A stretch of 50,231 nucleotides of DNA from Chiloscyllium plagiosum. Its lineage: Eukaryota. Positions within the stretch are counted from its first letter, which is position 1. Every line of letters starts with the position of its first letter. The notes beneath the pieces were generated by a model, which made no database searches, was not told the DNA's origin, and saw only the letters and a program-made list of their open reading frames with translations. Shown here piece after piece: positions 10,111 to 25,100 of this stretch. Location: contig NC_057755.1 in assembly GCF_004010195.1 (NCBI RefSeq), forward strand, positions 3,347,379-3,397,609, written 5' to 3'. The position numbers and the translations under genes were made by a program.

Positions 10111-13100
10111 GTAAACATCTCATTTTTCTCCTTCATAAATGTGAAACTGTAGCAATCCCTGCCATGCATTTGCCCTTTTTTGTGCTCAAAGTGTGAACTT
10201 TATGAGGGGTTGTTAAAGAACTATTTGTTCCTGGACATTGGTTTGATCGATCTTGAACTTAATTAAAATATCCAGTTTACATTCATAGAATTATAAAATC
10301 CTTATAGTGTGGAAGCAGGCCATTTGGTCCATTGAATCCACACCCCTTCAAAGAGCATCCCAACCAGACCCGTCCCTGTAACCCCGTGTTTCCCATGGCT
10401 AATCTCCCTACCCTGCACATCCCAGGACATTATGGGCAATTTAGCACAGCCAATCCAGCTAACTTGTATACTTTTGACCTGCGGGAGGAGACCGGAGCAA
10501 ATGGAGGAAACCCACGCAGAATGTGCAAACTACAGTCACCCAAGGCTAAAATCGAGCCAGGTTCCTGGTGTGTGAGGCAGCAGTGCTCACCACCGAGCCA
10601 CCATGCCACCCATTCATTTAAATTTAATTTGTTCAGCTAGGATTACTAAAAGTTTGTCTTATTTCAAGCATTAGGTGATTCAAAAGTACAGCAAAGTGCG
10701 AGAAGCAAAGTGATAGTCTCCTGGTGAAAATGGACAGTTTGATAGGGTGTGCGAACTTGTGGCAGATGAAATTCAACATGGTGAAATAATTAATTATGGT
10801 AGCAAGAACAAGGGGAGGCAACATCAAATCTTAGAATCGTACAGAAGAGGCTCTTTGGCCCTTCAAGTCTGCATCAACAAAACTACTCTAAATCTACACT
10901 AGTCCCACTTCGCAGCAATTGGCCCATAGCTTTGAAAGTTATGATATGTCAAGTGCTCATCAAAGTACTTTTTAAAGGTTTGTAAGACTTCCTACATTCC
11001 AGTTTCCCACCAGCCTCTGAATGAAAATATACCACCTCAAATTCCATCCTAAATCTCTTAAGCTTTTCACCTTAAAATTTTGCCTTTTTGTATTGACCCT
11101 TCAAATAAGAGAAACAGCTATTTTCTAACCATCCTGTCCATCCTCCCCTATAATATTATAAACCTCAATGAGGTCCCCTCTTAGCCTTCTCTATTCTAGA
11201 GAAAATAGTCCAAGCTTATCCTGCCTTTCTTCATAGGTAAACTGCTCCATCACAGATAATATTCTGATGAGTCTCCTTGGCATCTCCACTAGTGCAATCA
11301 CATCCTTCCTAAAGCGTGGTGACCAGAAGTGCACACAGTACTCCAGTTGCAGCTGAACAAAAGTTTATGCAAATCCATCATAACCTCCTTGCTCTTATAA
11401 TATGTCACAACTGATAAAGGCAAGTTTCCCATATGCCTTTTTAACTACTGTATTAACCTACCCTACTATCTTCAGGGATCTGTGGATAAATACCCCAAGA
11501 TTCCTTTCAGCTTCCAGGTGTCCTGTTATTAATTGAGAACTCCCTTGTCTTGTTACTTCTTTCAAATTGCAGCACCTCACACCCATCAGGGTTAAACTCC
11601 ATTTGACCAATCCACCTGTGTCTTCCAGTAACCTAAGAAGTTCTTCCTCACTGTCAACCACCTAGCCAATCTGTATATCAACAGCAAACATACTTATCAT
11701 TCACCCCACATATTCTTCTATATTGTTTACATATTACAAACAATAAGGGCCTGACCCCTGTGGTATGACAATGGATCTTGGCCTCCAGTCACACAAACAA
11801 CCTTCCACCATCCAACTTACCAAGTTATTCTGGATCCCATCTGCTTTTACCTGTTTTATCAGTCTCCCATATGGGTCCTTGACAAAAGCTTTACTGAAAA
11901 CCACATAAACTACTTCATCAACTGCACTATTCATCTGCACACCCAGTTACCTCCTTGAAAAATTCAATCAAACTTGTTCATTATGATCTCCATCTGACAA
12001 AGGATTTGCTGACAGTCCATTTTACTGAATTCTGTACTGACATCCTCTTTTTCCAAAGTGCAGACTAATATGTTGTTTAACACACAGCCAATGCCATCCA
12101 GCTCCACATGCAGATTTCCCTCTCAGTTCCGAACAGGCTCTACTCTCTTCTTGGTTATCCTCTTCGCCAAGATATACTTACACAATATCTTTGGATTTTC
12201 CCTAATCTTACAGAATAGTACTTTTTCATGACCCGTCTTTGCTCTCCTAATTGCTTTCTTAAATTCTCTGCCTCCCCATATTTTCCACATTGCACTAAGG
12301 CCTCATTAATTTGCTCCTTTTGTAATTGTTAATAACCTCTTCAAAGGGTACAGTTCTAAAGGGGCTGCAGGAGTACAGGAGCCTGAGTGCATAAACCATT
12401 GAAGGTGGTACAAAAAGCTGAGAGAACAGTTAATTCTGTTCTTGGGCTTTAACAATAGAGGCATAGAGTCAAAAAGCAAGAAAGTTATGACAAACACTGG
12501 TTCAGTTTCAGGCATTGACACCAATTCCAGGAAACATAATTTGAGGAGGCTGTAAAGGCTTTAGGGAAGATGCAGAAAAGGTTCACAAAAAAATGATTGC
12601 AAGAATTTGGACCATCTGGGATCTATCTATGAAGACAGCTTGGAGAAGCTACTACTGTTCTCTTTGGGGGTGAGAAGGTTGAGAGGAGATTTGATAGAGG
12701 TATTCAAAATTAGAAGGGGTGTGGGCAGAGTATAGTAAGTAATTAATTCTCAACCACAAGGGATCTTAGTGAGAGGGGCAAGTGGTTAAAAAGATTGAGC
12801 AGTGATAGTCTGCACTAAGGAGGAGGTAAGCCAGGGAGACAAACCTCCATGAATTACCGCAGAAATTAAAACACATTGTCGCCATCTAGTTTGCTGAGAA
12901 AGATGATCCCCATGGAATAGAGAGGGAGAAACTGTTCCTGTTGGCAGAAGGATTGAAAACTAGAGTTCACCAATTGAAGGTCATTGAGAAGAAAAAAAGC
13001 AGTTTGAACAAATATGTTTTGTGCAGCCAGTGGTTAGGATCTGGAAGCCCTGCCTGGAGGCAGACACAGATGTTTCTTTCAAAATGGAATTCGAGAATCA

Positions 13101-16100
13101 CACGAGAACAAAATCTGTGGAGCCACAGGGAAAAGACAGACAATTGGGACTCGATGAATTGCTCTTGCAAACAGCTGGCGTACACAGAAATGTCTAATGT
13201 TCTCCTTCTGTGCTGTAACTATTCTGTGTTTCATCAAAAGTTTTGTGGAACTTTAAATTCTGTTTCCTGTTTTTTTTGGCCTTGTGGAACTGATTCATTC
13301 TTGCTAGGCATGTGAATAATAAAAACACATGGGACAGGCAAACATTGAGGAAGTGATTTGAAATTTTCGATTCACATATTTTAAACCAACTTGTTCAGAC
13401 ATGTTATGACACACCGCTGGAGCAGGTGGGACCAGAGCCCAGGCCTTCTAGCCTAGAGCTAAGGACACTACTACTACACCACAAAAGCCCAGAACTTTGG
13501 ATTCATCCACTCCTCATCATTCAAGATTCAGCTTTTTAATACTTCCAAATGTTCTAATAGTAGGAGGAGCACTCCATTAATAATATTGGTAGAATTTTAC
13601 AACATGAAAAGAGGTCCTTCAGCATTATATCTGCACCAGTCATCAGGCACCTATCTTTTCTAGCAAACATTTTCCATAACTTGGCCCTTGTATTTTGTGT
13701 GTTTCAAGTGATCATCTAAATACTTCTTAGGTGTTTCAAAGACCTCTACCCACTCTTTCAGGCAGTGAGTTCTAGATACCCACCACCATCTCGGTGGAAA
13801 AACATTTCCTTAAATCTCCTCTAACTTTCTTGTTCCTTCCATTAAATCTGTGAGAGCTAGTTACTGATTTCTCTACTAAAGGGAGGAGTTTACTCCTGCC
13901 CTCCCTCTCTACGCCCATCATAATTTTGCACATATAATGAGAAAAGAAAACATCCGCAGCCTATCTAATCTCTCTTTGCTTTGACCAGCTTTTTTGGAAA
14001 CACATGTAACATTATTCTTTTTCATCCATTTTACATGGAAATAAAAATCAAGGCTAGCATATAAAGGAGAAGCAATTCATCAAGAGCTCATATGGTACTG
14101 TTAGCAAGCACTAATTTCTGCCCCAGAGCAGTTAAATTTAGATAAATGCGAAGTGCTGCATTTTTGAAAAAAGCAAATCAGAGCAGGACTTATACACTTA
14201 ATGCTAAGGTCATGGGGAGTATAAGTATAAAGAAACCTCGGAGTGCAGGTTCACAGTTCCTTGAAAGTAGAATTGCAGGTAGATAGGATAGTGAAGAAGG
14301 CATTTGGTATGCTTTTCTTTATTGGTCAGATCTCAGGGAGGTCATGCTGTGGCTGTACATCATTGGTTAGGCCACTGTTGGAATATTGTGTGCAATTCTG
14401 GACTCCCTCCTATTGGAAGGATGTTGTGAAACTTGAAAGGGTTCAGAAAAGATTTACAAGGATGTTGGCAGGATTGGAGGATTTGAGCTACAGGGAGAGG
14501 CCAAACAGGCTAGGGCTGTTTTCCCTGGAATGTTGGAGGCTGAGGGGTGACCTTATAAAGGTTTATAAAATTATGAAAGGCCTGGATTGGATGAATAGAC
14601 AAGGGAGAGTCCCGAACTAGACGGCATAGGTTTAGGGTGAGAGGGGAAGGATATAAAAGGGACCTAAGGGGCAACTTTTTCACACAGAGGGTGATGCGTA
14701 TATGGAATGAGCTGCCAGAGGAAGTTGTGGAGGCTGGTATAATAACAACATTTAAAAGACATCTGGATGGGTATATGAATAGGAAGGGTTTGGAGGGACA
14801 TGGGCCAAGTGCTGGCAAATGGAAGTAGATTAGTTTAGGATACCCGGTCAGCATGGACGAGTTGGACCGAAGGTCTGTTTCCGTGCTGTACATCTCTATG
14901 ACTCTACAAGCACCAGCAGAGCAAGCTTGTATCAATTCCAACTTACAACCATCTATTAAAGTTCTTTCCAAATAGCTTATGGCCTTTGTTACTCTTTTTA
15001 TTTTTATCTCGGCAGTTGTGGGGTAGGGGGGGGGAGGGGGGTGGTGAAATAAAATTATTTATCTGTTTTCTCTTCACTTTAGGTCACACAGATATTGGTT
15101 GGCATTATCCAGCTTATCTTTGGCATCCCTCTATCTGTTTCTATGGTCTATTCCGTTGCGGGAAGGGCTGGCGTGGCTTTTTGGACTGGAATTTGGGTCA
15201 GTTTCACTTGGTTATATTGTGGCAGTCTTATGTGATGAAGGTAACAAAGGCTTGTTATGCACCACAACAAATTGCTGCCCTCACAGTGAGGGCTAATCAA
15301 AATTTTGTAAGAGGGAGAGAGGACTCCTGATAAAATTGGGGACAGTTTACAAATTAAAAATTAGAAAGATGCTCCTTTTCATAACAGGTGTCAAAACTTT
15401 GTTATTCTTGCCCACAAAAGCAACGGATGGCAGCTTAATGAATAATGCTAACCCAGTAGCACTTAATGTGTTTTCAAGACATGGGCAGCATGACATTTCG
15501 GGTTGAAAGTAGTTGGGTAGAATTAAGAGAGAATCAGCCAGAATTTTGTTGAATGGTAAACCAAGTGTGAAGGCTTGAATGGCCAACTCCTGTTCCTATC
15601 TACTGCACACCCTTGTGAGGTGAGATTGCATGCCAGAAATTTGGGTATTGCTGGGTAGCCACTGGAGAGATGGATGATGAGTCAAGATAGGCTGACCACC
15701 CAGTCTGAACTCCAGCCATGCCAACTCCTGTACATCTCATGGAAAAGTGTGTGTTTGGAGCTCCTGTTGTGCTGAGCATAACTTAACCCTGAAATTCCTC
15801 AAGGGTTTGCACTGATTCAGATAAATTGCCCAGGAAAACCCGAGGAGACGAGTGAGGCTTCTACCTTCTTATTTGGGTTTTGCTAAATTGTGGGGTTGAG
15901 ATTTCACTGTGTGTGATTTGTAATGCATCCATTGATGCTTTAATGCAAAATATAGGAGGAGCACAGGAAGAATTTGCAATCATTATTGCATGTTAGCTCC
16001 AACAGGTTTCTGGGTGGCTTTGAAGTAACTTGAACCCCGTTGTAACATTTGTCATCTGACTGATTTCTTTTCCAGTATATTATTTCAGGGTCCTTCACCG

Positions 16101-19100
16101 TTGAGCTGAAGAGGAGACCGACCAGATTTATTGTAAGTAGCCCGGAGTTTCTGTTGAAAGTTGAAGTTATAAATAAGCATGTCAAGATGCTGATTCTATG
16201 AGGCGCCGGTATGCCTAATTTACAACAAATTAAAATCAAATTACGAAATAAGCATAGAGTCATAGAGATGCACAGCACAGAAACAGACCCTTCGCTCCAA
16301 CTCATCCATGCTGACCAGATATCTTAACCTAATCTACTCCCATTTGCCAGCACTTGGCCCATAACCCTCTTAAACCCTTCCTATTCATATACCCATCCAA
16401 ATGCCTCTTAAATGTTGCAATTGTACCAGCCTCCACCACTTCCTCTGGCAGCTCATTCCACACCGCAACAACCCTCTGGGTGAAAAAATTGCCCCTTTTA
16501 TATCTTTCCCCTCTCACTCTCAGCCTATGCCCTTTAGTTATGGACTCCCCCACTCCAGGGAAAAAACTTTGGCTATTTACTCTATCCATGTCCCTCATGG
16601 TTTTATAAACCTGTAAGGGGTCACCCCTCAGCCTCCAACACTCCAGGGAAAACAGCCCAGAAACAAATTTATGCACCAAGTCATTATAATTTGGAAAATG
16701 CTGCTTGAAAAGGGTGATGAAAGCAGGAAATGCCAAAAGGACTATTGATCACATACATAAAAGCCAAACATTTAGTTGACTGAGGGAAAAGAACAGGAAA
16801 GTGAATAACTCCGTGGAAGAGGTAGCAAAGACACAATAAGTCCATTCTGTGTAAGATCATAATTGAGGAGGTAATTTATGACTCTTAGCAAAAATATATC
16901 CCAATATGAGGAAAGATTCTAAGGGAGGAATAAACCAACCATGGCTAATCAATGAAATTAAACAGAAAGAAGAAGCATATATGGAGGCAAATGTCAGTGA
17001 TAGCCTTGAAGACTGGGATAAATTCAGAATTCAACAAAGGAGAATTAAAAAGAGAGAGTAAATAAACTATGATGGCAAGGAATAAAAAAAAAACTGACAC
17101 TAAGAACTTTAAATACTAAGACACAACTGGGGAGATAATTATGGGGAACAAGGAAATGGTGAAGGTAGTAAACAGATATTTTGTATCAGTTCTTATAGCA
17201 GAAGATACTTTGAACATAAGTCCCATCACCATCACTAGAGTAGTATCAGACAAACTAATGAGACTAAAGGATGGCTACTATCCAAGAATCCTCAAAGAAG
17301 TAGCAACCGAAGCAGTGGACGCTTAGGTTGTAATTTTTCAAAAATCTTTGGAGTCTGGAGAAGTACCAGAGGATTGAAAAATTGCCAATGTGACACCCTT
17401 ATTCAAAACGTGAGGGAGGCAAGGATAGGTAACTCTCCGCAGATTAGCCTAAAATCTATTGTTGGAAAAATGTTGGAATCAATTATTAAATAAGTAATAG
17501 CAGCACATTTAGAAAATTACGATCGAATCAAGCAGAATCAGTCTGGCTTCATGAAAAGGAAATTGTGTCTAACCAATTTATTAGAGTTAAAAATCACACA
17601 ACACCAGGTTATAGTCAAACAGGTTTAATTGGAGGCACTAGCTTTCGGAGCGACGCTCCTTCATCAGGTGGCCATCATCAAGGAAGTCTCAACATGAACA
17701 GATCGAGAGGAATCAGTAGATGTGCTGTATTTGGATTTCTAAGAGGCATTTGACAAGGTGCCACACAAAAGGTTCAGTCAGTAGATCATGGTTTTGGAGT
17801 TCGTGCATTGGCAAAGAATTGGCTAATGAGCAGGAAACAGTGGGGATAAGGCACAAAAATAAAAATTTCTGGCAAAATTTAGCAGGACTGGCAGCATTTG
17901 TGGGAAGAAAGTAGAATTAATTTTTTGAATCCAGTGACTCTTCATCAGAACTGGTGAGTCAGCGATTTCTGTTTTTGTTTCAGTTCTCTAGCATAGAGTC
18001 ATAAACAAAGAAATATATAGTATGGAAACAGACCCTTCCGTCCAACTCGTCCATGCTGACCAGATATCCTAACCAAATCTACTCCCATTTGTCAGCACTT
18101 GGCCCATATCCCTTCAAACCCTTCCTATTCATAAATCCATCCAGATGCCTTTTAAATGTTGTACCAGCCTCCACCACGTCCGCTGGCAGCTCATTCCATA
18201 CACATACTACTCTCCAGACGTTCCAGAGAAAATAGCCCCAGCCTATTCAGCCTCTCCCTGTAACTCAAACCCTCCAACCTCGGCAAAATATTTTCTGAAC
18301 CCTTTCAAGTTTCACCACATCCTTCCTGTAGGAAGGAGACCAGATTTGCACATAATATTCCAAAAGTGGCCTAACCACTGTTGGGTACAGCCGCAACTTG
18401 ACCTCCCAACTCCTATACCCAATGCACTGACCAATGAAGGTAAGCATAACAAACACCTTCTTCATTATCCTATCCACCTGCAACTCCAAGTTCAAGGAGC
18501 TGTGAACCTGCACTCTCCCCAGGAATTTACCAATCAGTGTATAAGTCCTGCCCTGATTTGCCTTTCCAAAATTCTGTGTTTTATTTTAGTGGGCAATATG
18601 TGTTTTTTCCCAGATTGGCAACCTGTAGCTCGTGGGATTTCATAGGAATCATATATGGGACCACAACTGTTTATAATATATATTAATGACTTTGAGGAAG
18701 AAAGCGAATATATTGTGGCCAAATTTGCAGATGATCCAAAAATAGGTGAAAAGGCAACTTACAAGAGGGATACAATCAGTTTTACAAAGAGATATTGATA
18801 GGTTAAGTGGGCAAAAGGCTTGCAAGTGGAGTATAATGTGGGAAAATGTAATGTTTGGAAGGTGAACAAAAGAACAGATTATGTAAATGGTGAAAATCTA
18901 CAGAAAGCTGCAACATAAAGGGACTTGCGGATACTTGCACGTGAAACAGAGGGTTTCCCCACTATCAAGAGTATGGAAATCTTATTGCAACGTATAAGGT
19001 GCTTCTGAGACCGCCTTTAAGTACTGAAAGTAATTTTGATCCCCTTAAGGAAAGGTACCATTTCATTACAGGAGAAAGTGAGGTCTGCAGATGCTGGAGA

Positions 19101-22100
19101 TCAGTGTTGAGAGTGTGTTGCTGGAAAAGCACAGCAGGTCAGGCAGCAGCCGAGGAGCAGGAGAATCAATGTCCCGGGCTGAAGGGCTCGGGCCCAGGAC
19201 ATCAATTCTCCTGCTCCTCGGATGCTGTCTGGGCTGCTGTGTTTTTCCAGCAACACATTCTCGACATCATTTGAGGCAATTCAGAGAAGGTTCACAAAGA
19301 TGATCCCTGGTATGGAGAGATTGTTTGATTAGCAAAGGCTAAACAGGTTGGGACTCTACTCACTGGAATTTAGAAGAATGAGAGGTGACCTCATTGAGAC
19401 ATACAGGATTTTTAAGAGGCTTGACAGGATAAATGCTGGAAGATGTTTCCCTTCACGGAGGAGTCTAGAACCAGACAGCACAGTCTCATAAATATAGGGG
19501 TGCTGACTTGTGATGGAGATTGAAAGGAATTTGTTCTTTCAGAGGGTTGAAAGCCTTTGGAATTCTTTGCCACAGAGAGCTGTGGGGGTGGGAGTCTTTG
19601 TGTTTATTTAAGGTTAGATAGATAATTGATTAGTGAGGAAATGAAAGATTTCAGGGAAAGGATAGGAAGGTGATGTGAGGAATGTTGGATCAGCCATGAT
19701 CTCTGAGCCCACAGCAGGCTCAAGGGGCTAAATGGGATATTCCTGTTTCTATTCCTTCTGGTTGTTATTTGGTCTTTTTTAAAAGAACTGTTCAACTACA
19801 TGTGTTAAAAAAAAATCATAGAATGAGAAACAGGAGCCAAAAGTATGGGTGAGAATACCTGTAACCCTGTATGAATAACAGCTCCTCCTCAGCCCCATCG
19901 CTTTCCAATCAAATCCTCTTTCCCTCAAACCAATTGAGCATCGCAGAGTTTGAGGATGAGTAAAATTTTCTTCTTCCATTTCTGTGAAAAGCTATAATAG
20001 GTATTCAGTTATTGCGAGATTGATATTCCAGATCCTATTTGAAGCATTGTATGTTCTGTGTTGTATTGTACTTAGATGAAGGCAGGGCTACTCATGAACG
20101 GCGTCAGTGCTGTCGCAACAGCCATTGGCATCATAATATATTCCATCTCGCTACTTTTTACTCCAGCACCCGACCTCGTGTTTTTTTCTGTAAGTAATAT
20201 ATTCCATGATTCTTACAGTACAAACAGAAATAATTCTGTCTTACTCACTGGAAACACTTCACCCTTTTAAGGAACTTGGTTATCAACCTTTCTCTTTTAT
20301 GTGATAAGTTAACCTTATTTAATGGCAATATTTGCTATAAAAAAAGTACCCACATGCTGTAAAAATAAAAAATATGAAATATGAAATCATTTTTTGTAGC
20401 CTCCTCCAACCCCTACAACTCTTTCCATTTCCTAGGAATCAGGCTGCACATATCCATACACTAAAAGAGTGGGGCTTCACACATTGACACAATGAGGTGG
20501 TGGGGCTGCAGATATTAACATACTGTCTAGATGAGGCTGTGTATATTGAGCTGCTGATTTTAATCTTTGTTCATGGGATATTGGTGTTGCTGGCTATACT
20601 GCCCATACAGAAGTTGGTAACCAGCTGCTTTCTTGAATTGCTGAAGTTTTTGGGCTATGAGTACACCCTGACTGCTATCAGGAAGATATTACTTTCAAAA
20701 TTTTGACCAGGAGACAGTGAAGGAAAAACAATTCTAATTCTAAGTCAAGATGTTGTGTGTCTTGGAGGTGAACTTGAAGGTGATGGTGTTCATATGTATC
20801 AGCTGCTATTTTTCCTGTAGAGGTTGTAGGTTAGATGAGGAATGAGCCTTGGCGAATTGCTGTGGTGCATCATTTAGATGCTTTACATTGTTGTCGGTGG
20901 TGAAGGGAATGGATATTGAGTGGTGGATGCGTGCTACTAAAGCAAGCAGTTTTGTCCTGAATAGTGTTTGTTCTGTATTGTTGGAGTTGCACTCATCCAA
21001 GCAAGTAGAGAGTATTCCATCACAATCCTAATTCCTGCCTTATGGTGTGAAAAAGCTTTAGAGAAATAGTAGATGAGTTACTCGTTAGCCTTTGAGCTGA
21101 ATGTGTAGTCACAATACTCCATGGCTGATTCAGTTCTGGTCAGTGGTAGACCCCAAGAGGTTGACAGTGAATGCAGCATTGGTAATGCCATTAATGTAAA
21201 AGGAGAGGGTCAGGCTGTCTTTTGTTTGAGATGGTCATTGCCTGGCACTTCTGAGGCATAAATGTTACTTGTCACTATCTATCAAAACTTGGATATAGCC
21301 CAGGTGTTGCTGCATATGGAAGCAGACTCTTTCGATATCTGATAAGTCACAAATGGTGCTGAACATTGTACATCAACATCCCACTTCTGACTTTATAATG
21401 GAGGGAAGATCATTGTTGAAGCATGTCCCAAGCCACTACCCCGGGGAACTCCTACAGTGGTGTCCTGGGATTGTGATTGACTTCCATAATCACAACCATT
21501 TTCCTTTGTGATAGTTATAATTCTAATCAGTGCAGAGTTTTTCCCTGATTCCCATTGATGCCAGTTTTGCCAGGGATCCTTGATGTCATTCCCTGGCAAA
21601 TGCTCCCTTAATTTTAAAAGGTCAATTATTGTAAAAAAAACCCATTTGTTTTGTACTCTTCATTATGCACTAAAGTGGAAAAAGGACTGAGTTTAAAAAA
21701 CACAAAGATTTTGGAAAGAATTATTGTGCGCTTTAAAAGCAAGCTACGGATACTCATTGTAATTGGTGTTTACATTGTTGCTTTGTTCAAGCTGTGGAGG
21801 AAAGTTGGTTGCAGATGGCCAGATACTGGGGATGTGTACAATATGAGATTTGGCCAGCAACAAGTAGTTGCTTGTTTATGGAATGATGACCAGTTGTTGA
21901 TGACAAACCCTCCCCCCAACTGCCTAACAATAACTATCTCATAGCTAAACAGCTTGAGGATATGAATGATATGGCCAAAATCTGTAGGCTCTCCACAGTT
22001 TAAAAATACCTAAAGTCCAAAGAAAGCCAGTTTGTTATCCCCTACCAGTTGCAATAAGCTATGGCTTTTAACTAATGATGAAAAAATTCTGAAATTTGTG

Positions 22101-25100
22101 GATCAATCACTGTGTGCATCCCGCAAGGAAGTGAAAAACACCAGAAGAGAAAGAGAGATTGAAGAACAGCAAGTCCTGAATGAATGGCGTTGAACTGCCT
22201 TCCCAGATTTTCCCTCCAGCTTTAATACCAACATTTTCTTCATCTGTCTCTGTGTTTAGGGACAATGCTATAAGGAAGTTAGAGTTGTAGCTACTAATAT
22301 ATTATTATAGTACAGTAGCTCATCACTGTTTTCCTTTTGCTAGAATCTATTTATTTATAAAAAATAACCAGGTTTTCTGTTAACCTGGACGTGAAAGGAC
22401 ATATACATTGGAGAATTTTACAGACTTAAATCTTTAACTTGTGTGCACACTCCAGGAATTGGAGGGCTTGATTCCAGCATGCTATTCCAGTGCGATCCAA
22501 TTCCAGTGGCAAAGGAACCTCAATGACTTGGGGTTTCAGTTTTCATTCACTGTTGCAACTGTTGATATCACATAAGTACCTTCCACCTGGATCACTGTTC
22601 AGAACTTGTTTTGGATTGCACTTGGTCTGGTTCCTCCCCACTGAGTGTGTGGCCCTACAAAGAATTGGGAACTCCTGATGCCATTGCTCTCAGGATGAGC
22701 AGACACTCAAGTTTGACCCTGAGAGCAAGGTAGAAATCGATGGAAAGGACATCATTCTCACCTCATCTCTAATGTGTGCGCGCGCAGGACATGTATGGGT
22801 AATGTTCTACGTTGTCAGGTGAATGCTAGAGTTGCATCTCTGCAACTTGGCTAGCCATTTGTCAAGTTGTGTAGCACAAATCTTTAGCACTATTGCTGGA
22901 ATCAGAGTCCATATCCTTTGCAGTATTCAGTGCCTTCGGCTGTTGTTTGATACCATGTGCAGTGAATTGAACTTGCTGAAAACTGGCTCTGTGACACTAC
23001 AGGCATTTGGAACAGGCCTAGATGGATCATCCATTTTGCATTTCTGGTTGAGGATCATTCATTCTCATCTTTTACATTAATGTGCTGGGCTCCCCCATCC
23101 TTAAAAATGGGAGATATTTATGGTGCCTCATTGTTTAGCTATTTACCGCAATTTACGACTAGATGCGGCAGAACTACAGAGTTTCGATCTGATTTGGTGG
23201 TGCAATTGTTTAGCTCTATCTATCACTTGCTGCTTATGCTGTTTGGCACACACACACAATCCTGTTTCACAGTTTCACCAGATTGACACTTCATTTTTAG
23301 GTATAACCTGACATGCCCTCCTGCATTCTTCATTGAACTGGGATTGAATATGTGGCTTGATGATAATGGTAGAACGGGTCACAAGACTGCAGATTGTGTT
23401 TCAGTATAATTCAGCTGTGAATTCGGCAGTTCGAAGTCTTTAGCAACTATTGCCTTTAGCAAGGCAATAGTGATGAACAACAAATGGAGGGTATCCTCAA
23501 TGTGAAAGAGGGACTTTGTCTCCACAATAGTGGCCACTCTTTCTGATACTATAATGGACAGATGCATGTGTGACAGGTAAATTGTTGAGGACGAGAGCCA
23601 AAAGAACTGCAAATGCTGTAAATGAGAAACAAAAACAGAAGCTGCTGGAAAAGCTCAGCAGGTCTGGCAGCATCTGTGAAGAGAAATAAGAGGTAACATT
23701 TCATGTCTAGTGACCTGTTCTGAGGAAGGGATACTGGACCCAAAATGTTAACTCTGATTTCTCTTCAAAGATGCTGCCAGACCTGCTGAGGTTTTCCAGC
23801 AAAATCTGTTTTTGTTTTCCATAAGAATGAGGTTAAGCATGTTTTTCTTTCTGGTTGGTTGCCTTATCATCTGCCTCAGACCCATTCTAGCAACTCTGTT
23901 CTTTGTATAGAGACAAAAAAGCTGCAGATGCAGGAATCAAGGTAGACTTGCAGGAGGCTGGAAGAAAACAGCAAGCCAGACAGCACTGGGAGATGGGGAA
24001 GTTGACATTATGGGTGTAACCCTTCTTCAGGACTGGGAGTGGGTGGAAAGAGAGCTGCAAATAAAGGGGGTGGAGGTGGCAGGGTGATGAGGTGGGGATA
24101 GGTGAAGACTGGTAGAGGGTACGACTTGGTTGGTCAATGGGAGGGATGAGTCCGTAGGTGGCTGAGAGGAATGGAAGGGAAGGAGAGGGGCTAGGAAGGG
24201 AGTCAGGGGATGGGAAGGGAGGGAGGTTATTTGAATTTGGAGAAGTCAATGTTGAATCCTCCTGGGTGTAGGCTGCCCAAGCGGAAGACGTGGTGTTGTT
24301 TGTCCAATTTGCAGTTTGATTCATCGTGGCAATGGAGGAGGCCAAGGACGGTCATGTCGGAAAGGGAGTGGGAAGGGGAATTAAAATGGGCGGTGACTGG
24401 AAGGTCTGTTTGGACCCTATGGGCTCAGCTGAGATGCTCGGTGAAACGTTCCCTTAGTTTGCGTTTGGTCTCCCTGATGTAGAGAAGACCACATCAGAGC
24501 ACTGGATACAGTAAACTAGGTTGGCGGTGAAGCAGCTAAACCTCTGTCTCACCTGGAAGGACTTTTTGGGGCCCTGAATGGAGGTGAGGGGGGGTGGTGT
24601 GCCAGCAGGTTTTGCATCTTTTCTGGTTGCAGGGGTACCTAGGGTTTCGGTGGAGTTCGATGGGGAGAATGGTGCAAACCAAGGACTGGCAAAGGGAACG
24701 GTCCTTGCAGAAGGCAGAGTGGTTGGGAGGGGAAGATGTCCTTGGTGGTGGGGTCTAGTTGGAGTTGGTGGAAGTGTTTAAAGGTGATGGACTGGATGCA
24801 GAGACTGATGGGGTGGTAGGTGANNNNNNNNNNNNNNNNNNNNNNNGTCTTTATTGCATTTGGGATCAGGTGTTTCGGGGGGGGGCAAGGTGGTTTGGAA
24901 CTTGTAAGCTAACAGGGGCTGTAAAATACAGAATCCTCCAGCTGCCTAGGCACACAAATGTCATTCATCATTTACCCCCATGGGCCCTCTTCTTGCATCT
25001 GCAGGCTCTAGTCAGACTGATGTTCCAATACACTCCTGTAATAACAAGTTGCTTTTATACAGTACCTTTAACATCATGAAATCTCCTAAGGCATTGCACT

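Larger units (their letters stand above)
16890..19760 (+). mobile_element. Old CR1 ORF2 with four nested insertions
   Basis: [32 protein letters not shown] (about 18720), [10 protein letters not shown] motifs in order. Confidence 0.85.

Noticed and set aside
14986..15330. Listed ORFs 14986-15330 and 15099-15296
   Set aside because: Wrong frames; the real coding exon is 15083-15196 in the third frame.
21750..22500. Possible additional solo LTR in an MS4A intron
   Set aside because: The composition is suggestive, but I could not fix TG...CA termini or a TSD.
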